This document shows, one piece after another, positions 56,815-64,000 of a stretch of DNA of 64,000 nt. Positions within the stretch are counted from its first letter, which is position 1. The number at the start of each line of letters is the position of its first letter. Below the pieces are notes generated by a model. The model ran no database searches. It had not been told where the DNA came from and saw only the letters and a program-made list of their open reading frames with translations. This DNA comes from Amphiscolops sp. MND2022. Lineage: Eukaryota. A program made the translations under genes and the position numbers. Where the stretch lies: contig OZ076418.1 of assembly GCA_964187785.1 (NCBI GenBank), positions 23,126,001 to 23,190,000 on the forward strand, read 5' to 3'.

Positions 56815-59800
56815 TCTAGACAGACTTAATTGAACATTCAAGTACCTGCCTATGAACTATAAAGTACATCCCCACCATTTAGTTATTGCCTTCGATGCTA
56901 TACGGATAGATACTGATACTCTAGTACTCTACACTATTGAAACGCTATCTTCTTAATTTGAACTTCTTAATACTATCTTTTCCACGAGTCTACAACATGG
57001 CGCAGTCAGCAATTTGAACATGCTGGAAATCAACAACACCGAAATCAACAACACCGACCCCAACCCAATGGAAGGTGAACCGATGACATCGGAACAGTCA
57101 ACAAGAACAATAAACAACCAAACAATGGCCGAGAGAACTGAAAAAGTAAGTACAAGATCCCAATCTTATCAGACAGAGACACCGATCTCACCAAGATTAA
57201 TCCCAAGATGTGGTGGGAGCAAATATCGGAATATATCCATCTGATTTACGACCGAAATCTAGACGAGATTACCGAAGAGGGGATCGAGTACATGGACCAA
57301 CATACAGCTTACCACATAAAAGGTGACGTTATCTGGGCACTGGGCCCAAAGGCTAAGCATGAAATTATGAGAGGTCAGTGGGGCCGAGAGTTAAAAGATG
57401 TCAAATTACCAGAACTACTGACATTATTCAAAAAAACCTTCCTCCCAGCGAGAAATGTATTCCACAGCAGGGCACAATTTTTCAACATGAAACAGGAGGA
57501 AAACGAGACCCTGGACGAATATTGGAAAAGGCTGGTGGACATCGAAAGAAAGTGTGATTTCAACAACGTCACACCGGAAGAAATCATCACATACAAGTTC
57601 GCAGCCACCATAAAGGACAAAAGTGCCCGTGATAAATTCATAAAAGGCCCACTAAAAATACAATTGGTATTGGAAACCATAGAACTAGACAACTACAACA
57701 GAAAATACGGAGACAAAAAACCCAAAATCAAAAAAGCCAAAAGAGAATCCACAAGCAGTTCAAGATCGTCTGAACAAGTCGGCCATACTAACCAACTACG
57801 GAAGCGAAAAACACGACGCGAGAAACGAAAAATTTCAAACAAAAATTGCCGCTTCTGCGGGAAACCAAACTGGTCTATGGAACACGTTTGCCCGGCACGG
57901 AGATCACAATGCAACAACTGCAAAAAGATGGGGCACTTTGCCAAAGTTTGCAAATCTAAGACCGTCAGCCGGATAACCGAAGCAGTATCCTCGGGCAGCA
58001 ACACCGAACCATGGCCAGAAATTGACCACATCCAGTCCGTCAACGGTATTAATCGAGTAGATTTCTACAAAACAATCCTATTGGTCCACGGACAACCAAT
58101 AGAATTCATTATTGACACAGGCTCTCCAGTGACGATAATCCCGCCAATTATCAACCCAAAAGAAATCAAAGCGACCTCAAAATGTTTCGTTGATGTAAAC
58201 AAAAATCCAATCAAATTCCAAGGGGAAGCGATGGTAGAAGTCAAAACGGAAAAAACAAAAACAGTACTACCCATCCTAATTACGGAAAACAAAAACACAC
58301 AACCCCTTCTGGGATTGGACTGGCTAGACAAGCTGGAAATCGGATTACAAGGAAATCTGGAAACAAATATCATCCGAAACATAACTGCAAGCGAAAAAGG
58401 TGAGAAAATTTTCAAAGATTTTGAAAACCTTTTTAAAAACAACCACACAATAAAAGACCTGACAATAGACATTCAGTTGAAAAAAAGACACAAAACCTAT
58501 TCAACAAAAAGGGAGACCGGTACCCATACACTTCCAAAACATCGTAAAAAACGAGTTAAAAAAATTAATTGAAAAAGGACACCTGGAAAAAGCCGATAAA
58601 ACGACCGAAAATTGCTTCGTCTCACCCGCGGTTATAACGATCAAAAAAGATAAATCAGTAAAAATCGCACTAGATTCAAGGAAACTAAACGAATCCTGCA
58701 TAAAAAGAAAGGCAACAATGCCAAACATGGAAGAACTAATCAGCAAAATATCCGCAAAAATCACAAAAAACAAGGGCGAGATATGGATGTCGAAAATCGA
58801 CCTAGATTATGCATATGGACAGGCAAAACTATCCCCAGAAGCGTCACGTCACTGCGTGTTTTCAATTATCGGCGGCGATTTTACCGGACTCTACCGATTT
58901 AAAAAGGGATTTTACGGACTATCGGACATTCCCACCGTGTTTCAAGAACACATCGATAAAGTCCTAGAATTCAAAACACCAGTCTGGCTAGATGACATCA
59001 TTTGTGTCACCAACGGAACAATAGAGGAACACGAAGAAGAGTTACGCGAAATACTGTCGAAACTACAAGAAAACGGTTACCGAGCGAGCGAGAAAAAAAC
59101 AGAATTGTTTAAAAAAGAACTAACCTGGTTGGGATACGAAATAAACCAAAACGGGGTAAAACCAATTAAAGATAAAACAGAAGCGATAACGAAATTGAAA
59201 GCACCCACAAACACCAAGGAATTGAAATCATTTCTGGGCTCGATACAACACTTATCAAAATTTTTGAATAATCTATCCAAAAAAACAGACAGAATGAGAA
59301 GATTGCTGAAAAAAGATACAAAATGGGAATGGACAAAAGAAATAAATGACGATTTCGAACAATTAAAAAAGGAAATAACGGAAACACCATGCTTAGCACA
59401 CTTTGATCCAAAAAAAGAGAATTTCATAACAACTGATGCTTGTAATACCGGACTAGGGGCTACCCTATGGCAGAAAGAGGATGAAAACTTCAGGCCAATA
59501 GCCTTTGCCAGCAGATTTCTCACCGATTGTGAAAGAAAATACGCCATAAACGAACTCGAATTATTAGGCGTCCTATGGGGCCTCGAATACTTCAGGTATT
59601 ACGTATACGGAAAAAAATAAACCTTCTGACCGATCACCAAGCGTTACAACCATTATTAAAGCGCAATCGAGCCCATAAACAATACAGTGCAAGACTCACA
59701 CGGTGGTTAGACCGTCTGAACCATTTTGATGTTAATGTGCAATACACCACAGGCAAGAACATTCCACTAACGGACTATCTAAGCCGACATCCGATACTCA

Positions 59801-62712
59801 CTGAACACCAAGCGGAAACATCATGCGAGAACGAAGAAAAAGAAGCCGAAGAGGAATTCGTAATAAATCAGATATACCGCTTATTCGAGTTTAATCGCAC
59901 GAACGGTAGTATTACGCAACACATCCAACGACAGCTATCGGCAACAAAATCCGACCAATCACATCGCACAAAACAAACACGTGAACAAACCAACAACAGA
60001 GACTCGATCCAAACTTTCTCACCGCGAAACAACATTGAACCGTCAAATAACACAAAGCTTGAGAATAAAATACCGCGAATGTCAAAAATGGATAAAGTCA
60101 ATGGAATTGACATCGAATTTATTTTCAAAAAACGGGGACATTCTCCGGAAACAAACAAACTTCGCTCCGAAAGAAATAAAATCCTACAACCGAACCGTAC
60201 CAGAATCGTAGGAAAAGGCAGCGAAAATGAACGCATACAACAATATCGTCCTTCGCAACAAGACAGAAAAGAAATCGAACGAATCAATATAATGATCTAC
60301 AATCGATTCTTCAATTACTGCGAGAGCCTGGGGACTACACCCCTGAGAGAATTCAACGAAAACATTCATGAATCTTGGATCAATGTGTCCTCCGATAACG
60401 AAAGCCAAATTAGCCATCTAAAAACGGAGAAATGTCCAACAAACATTCTGAAAAAGTTCAAAAAACACGAAAGCGTCAATCTTATACGACTAAAACAGAC
60501 CGCCAAACGTAATACGCTGCCAGAAGAAAGAAACGAAAAACGGCAGAGATGATCAAAAAGGCCGAAAGGGAATTTGCAATGGATCTGCCAATGCTGGTCG
60601 AGGAAACGGCACAAGATACCAAGATACTAGACGCTATCATCGCCCTGGAAACTGGGAACCGCGACGGCATCTTTTATCCATATCGCCCACACCGCGAACA
60701 TCTTGAAACTCGCTTCGGATTACTTTTTTATAATGACCGCATAGTTATCCCAGAAGCGATGAGACCGACAATTATTACCATGCTACACAACGGCCATGTA
60801 TCAACAAACAAGATGGACAAGTCCGCGGAGGCGTTCTGGTGGCCGGGTATCCATCGTGAGGTTAGAGACAAAGCTGAGAATTGCCCCAGCTGCCGAACCG
60901 CAGGTAAGAACTTAAAAACACAAATACCGCAATCGGAAATAAATAGACTCGAAATTCTAACTGAACCCGGACAAGAAATCCAGGTAGACTTTGCCGGCCC
61001 GATAAGATCAAAATCACGCGGAAACGTCTATATGTTAGTTGCAATCGACCGTTTTAGCAAATGGCCAACGGCCCAAATTTGTAAAAACACGGACTCTCAA
61101 ACCGTAATAAAATTTTTAATGAAATATTGTGCCGATAACGGAACGCCACAAACAAAACGTACCGACAACGGTAGCTGCTTCAAAAGCAAAGAATTCAAAG
61201 AATACTGTAACGGCGAAAACATTACAAGAATACGGTGTACACCGAATTTACATACGGGAACCGGATTGGTCGAAAGAACAATTCGCACAATTAAGTCGCT
61301 AACTAGAGCTAATTTAGAAGACGATTTAACTTTTGAAGAAAGTGTCAACAAGGCAATTAAAACCATTAGACAAACACAACACAGTACTCTGAAAATGACA
61401 CCTTTCCAATTACACTACGGGAGAAAACCACGCACGCCGATAACCAATCTGATTGGCCAACCAAACTGCCTATTAACGAATTGGAAGAAAACACTAACAA
61501 ATTACATTTTAGCCCAGCCTGCCGAATTACAAGTCTTTACGATACACGACTCAGATGGAGAACTGGCCGATTATTTGATACTCAATGAGTCAAGAAAGAG
61601 AGGACGATCGGTAAGCGACAGTTTTAAAAGTTACCAATTCTTTGAAAAAAAACAAACCCAATGCACTAAAATGCGGATTTAAAACCGATAAAATTTTAAC
61701 TGCAGCCAGAGAGACTAAACATACTATAACAACTACGGACGGTAAAACCATTCATAAGAAACTGGCATCTAACCCTTTAAAATTTCAGCCACTGAAGAAA
61801 AACGAGGAGATCAGAAAACCGACCAAACGGTGCGCAAGATGTGGACGATACAGTAATGAAGAACTATGCGACACACACAAAAGAATAAAATCAGAGCTAC
61901 AAAAACAATCGACCAGCTCGGAAACGTTCCCAATGATGCCCGTCAAACAGACCGAAAAGAGCCCGGACGTCACCATAATCTCCGATAGTCAGTCATCCCA
62001 AGCGGAGGAACCACCGCTCACGGACAATACCGACACTGAAATCACCGTCACGGCAGACATAAAGTACAATACGGACGAGACAGTAGCCAAATCAGAGAAA
62101 AGCCAAACACCCGAAATTCTACCACCCGTCAGTTGCAGTACAGAACTGGCAAAACACCGAACCAACAAGGACCCTGACCAAACCCCAACTGGATCACCAC
62201 AAAAAAGCCCAAATTCAGTAAATAAAGGTGTAGTAGAATTTAATATAGAGGTCGAAGAGAACAAGCCAAAAATCGTAGAGGGGGGAAAAGGGATCCGTAG
62301 ATCCAATAGAATCAAAAACGCAAAAAGGGTAAATAAAATGGGCGGCATAGAATATTTTTGACAACTTTCGAATATTCCAGATCCAAAGCCAAAAAGCCAG
62401 AAGAAGATCGTACACTTCATGCAGAACACAGCCAACAAACAGAAGGCCGGAAACAAGAACGCCTGAGACATTAAAGAATGGCTCCCACAATCCCGAAGAG
62501 GGGGGAATGTAGAGGTGAAAGTTATATAGTCTAGACAGACTTAATTGAACTTTCAAGTACCTGCCTATGAACTATAAAGTACATCCCCACCATTTAGTTA
62601 TTGCCTTCGATGCTATACGGATAGATACTGATACTCTAGTACTCTACACTATTGAAACGCTATCTTCTTAATTTGAACTTCTTAATTCTATCTTTTCCAC
62701 GAGTCTACAACA
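56793..62712 (+). mobile_element. Gypsy LTR retrotransposon (Mag-like gag), 5.9 kb, nested in BEL pol
   Basis: 205-bp LTRs 56793-56997 and 62508-62712 (2 mismatches, TG..CA); duplication GCTCC (56788-92, 62713-17); PBS TGGCGCAGTCAGC; PPT GAAGAGGGGGGAA; gag CCHC knuckles, PR IIDTGS, RT WLDD, RH TTDAC, IN H2C2 plus VDFAGP..TDNG. Confidence 0.97.
57019..62361 (+). pseudogene. gag-pol of nested Gypsy, split into six ORF pieces by five apparent indels at A-runs
   Basis: ORFs 57014-57244, 57208-58572, 58718-59620, 59575-60552, 60549-61682, 61642-62361 join at A-homopolymers (about 57143, 58480, 59612, 60538, 61645). Confidence 0.85.
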
Positions 62713-62717
62713 GCTCC

Positions 62718-64000
62718 CAAACGTCAAATTTCCATAGTCCGATTGGAACTTTGCGGGCTGTTATTGGCAGTCAAGATCAAATGTTTTCTCTTCGAACAAT
62801 CACGACTGAACTTCGACAGTGTAAAGTTTATAGTAGATTCAGAAATTGTACGAGCAATGACCCAAAAGGAATCTTACGGTTTCAATATTTTTACAGGACT
62901 TTGTTTGGGTGAAATACAAGAAACAGAGAACCCGAAAGACTTCTTCTGGGTACCTGGTGACTTGAACATAGCTGATCTTATTTCAAGAGGGTCTTCACCA
63001 GCTGAACTTAAATTGGGGTCGAAATGGCAATCCGGTCCATCGTTTTAACAGCTAGAAAAACAGCATTGGCCACTAAAACAAAAGCAATACTCTATGAGCG
63101 ATTTACTTGATGTGTTAAAAAGCAAAACATTTTCAATTCAAGAAAAACACAGCGAAACAATCGACTACAAAATTGATAGATTTAGGTCCTCAGCCTCTTT
63201 GATCAGAACCATTGCAAGGATTTTATTGCTGAAAACGCGAAGATCATTGAAAGTCTTAGCTCAAATGCTGACACTAAAAGAAATTGAAGAAGCATGGAAT
63301 TTTAAGTCAAACACGAGCAGAAAGAACTTCAACAAAGTTTTGAAAGCGGACAATTTGAACGTTTAGGTGCTTTTAAAATTGAGAAAGGGCTGATTATGGC
63401 TGGCCGGAGGATCAATGAAGTTGTGCCATTATTACCAAAATCATCGAAATTGGTGAAGCTGGCAATAAAAGAAGCACACCAACCTGGTCACCTAGGAGTT
63501 TTAGCAACTGCAAGCAAAGTTCGTACGAAACTTTGGTCACCGAACCTGCTAAGAATAATAAAATCTGTTTTAAAGTTTTGCACTGGATGTAGACTTTACA
63601 ACAAAGAAAGAGCTTCGCAACTTATGGTTCTGCAACTGAGGAGCGACTAAATCCATCGTTGCCGTTTACTAACCTGTGTATTGATTTGTTCGGACCATAC
63701 AACGTGAGGAGCAATTTGAAAAAGACTTCGCATTATAAAATTTATGCGGTCATTTTCACTTGCCTTTTTTCTCGAGCAGTACATTTGGATATAGTAATGG
63801 ATTACTCGACAAAGGAATTTCTGCAAACCTTCAGGAGATTTGTTTCACTTCGCGGATTTCCTGAAGTCATTCATTCTGACTCAGGCACTCAACTAGTTGG
63901 GGCCAACAAAGCACTTCAAGGCAGCTTCAAGATTTTGAATGATGATTTCCACATTAAAGAATTCAACTTTAAAGGATTGCGGTGGGAATTTGCACCCGGC
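62718..64000 (+). pseudogene. BEL/Pao RNase H end and integrase, disrupted
   Basis: In-frame TAA 63046-48, frameshifts near 63300 and 63630; HQPGH..CTGC; integrase core to window end. Confidence 0.85.

Larger units (their letters stand above)
52929..64000 (+). mobile_element. BEL/Pao LTR retrotransposon (interrupted by nested Gypsy; continues past window end; left edge tentative)
   Basis: ORF 53218-56792: DUF1759-type gag (FPKFSG..WPQF), triple Cys/His knuckles (CFNCLNIGHTSRTC..CGRNHHTLLH), protease WDSAS, RT YMDD, RNase H FSDAS..AKSRLAP. It resumes at 62718 with KRQISIVRLELCG, H2C2 and the integrase core (IDLFGPY..SDSGTQLVGA). Confidence 0.95.

Overview
AT-rich eukaryotic (metazoan-looking, intron-rich) genomic DNA; the species cannot be determined from the sequence alone. 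One large host gene, a ZFYVE26/spastizin (SPG15) orthologue, runs on the minus strand across about 0.76-52.9 kb as roughly 33 GT-AG exons, with both ends outside the window. Its introns are filled with transposons. (1) A 12.5-kb Gypsy LTR retrotransposon (24506-37005, minus, GTGTT target-site duplication) has damaged gag/pol and a decayed env-like region. It also carries an intact ANTISENSE four-exon gene (27714-29011, 333 aa) that appears to fuse an integrase-type H2C2 zinc-binding domain to an OTU-like cysteine protease, which is the most striking item here. (2) A BEL/Pao element (from about 52929 to the window end) is interrupted by a nested 5.9-kb Gypsy element (56793-62712, GCTCC duplication) whose RT motif is WLDD. 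(3) A 5'-truncated Penelope-like element has a GIY-YIG domain and a probable minimal hammerhead ribozyme. (4) There are hAT and pogo-type MITEs, two abundant Helentron/DINE-like non-autonomous families, and several hairpins and fold-back duplications. All family and domain calls come from motif recognition by eye; no database search was run, and splice boundaries were read manually.
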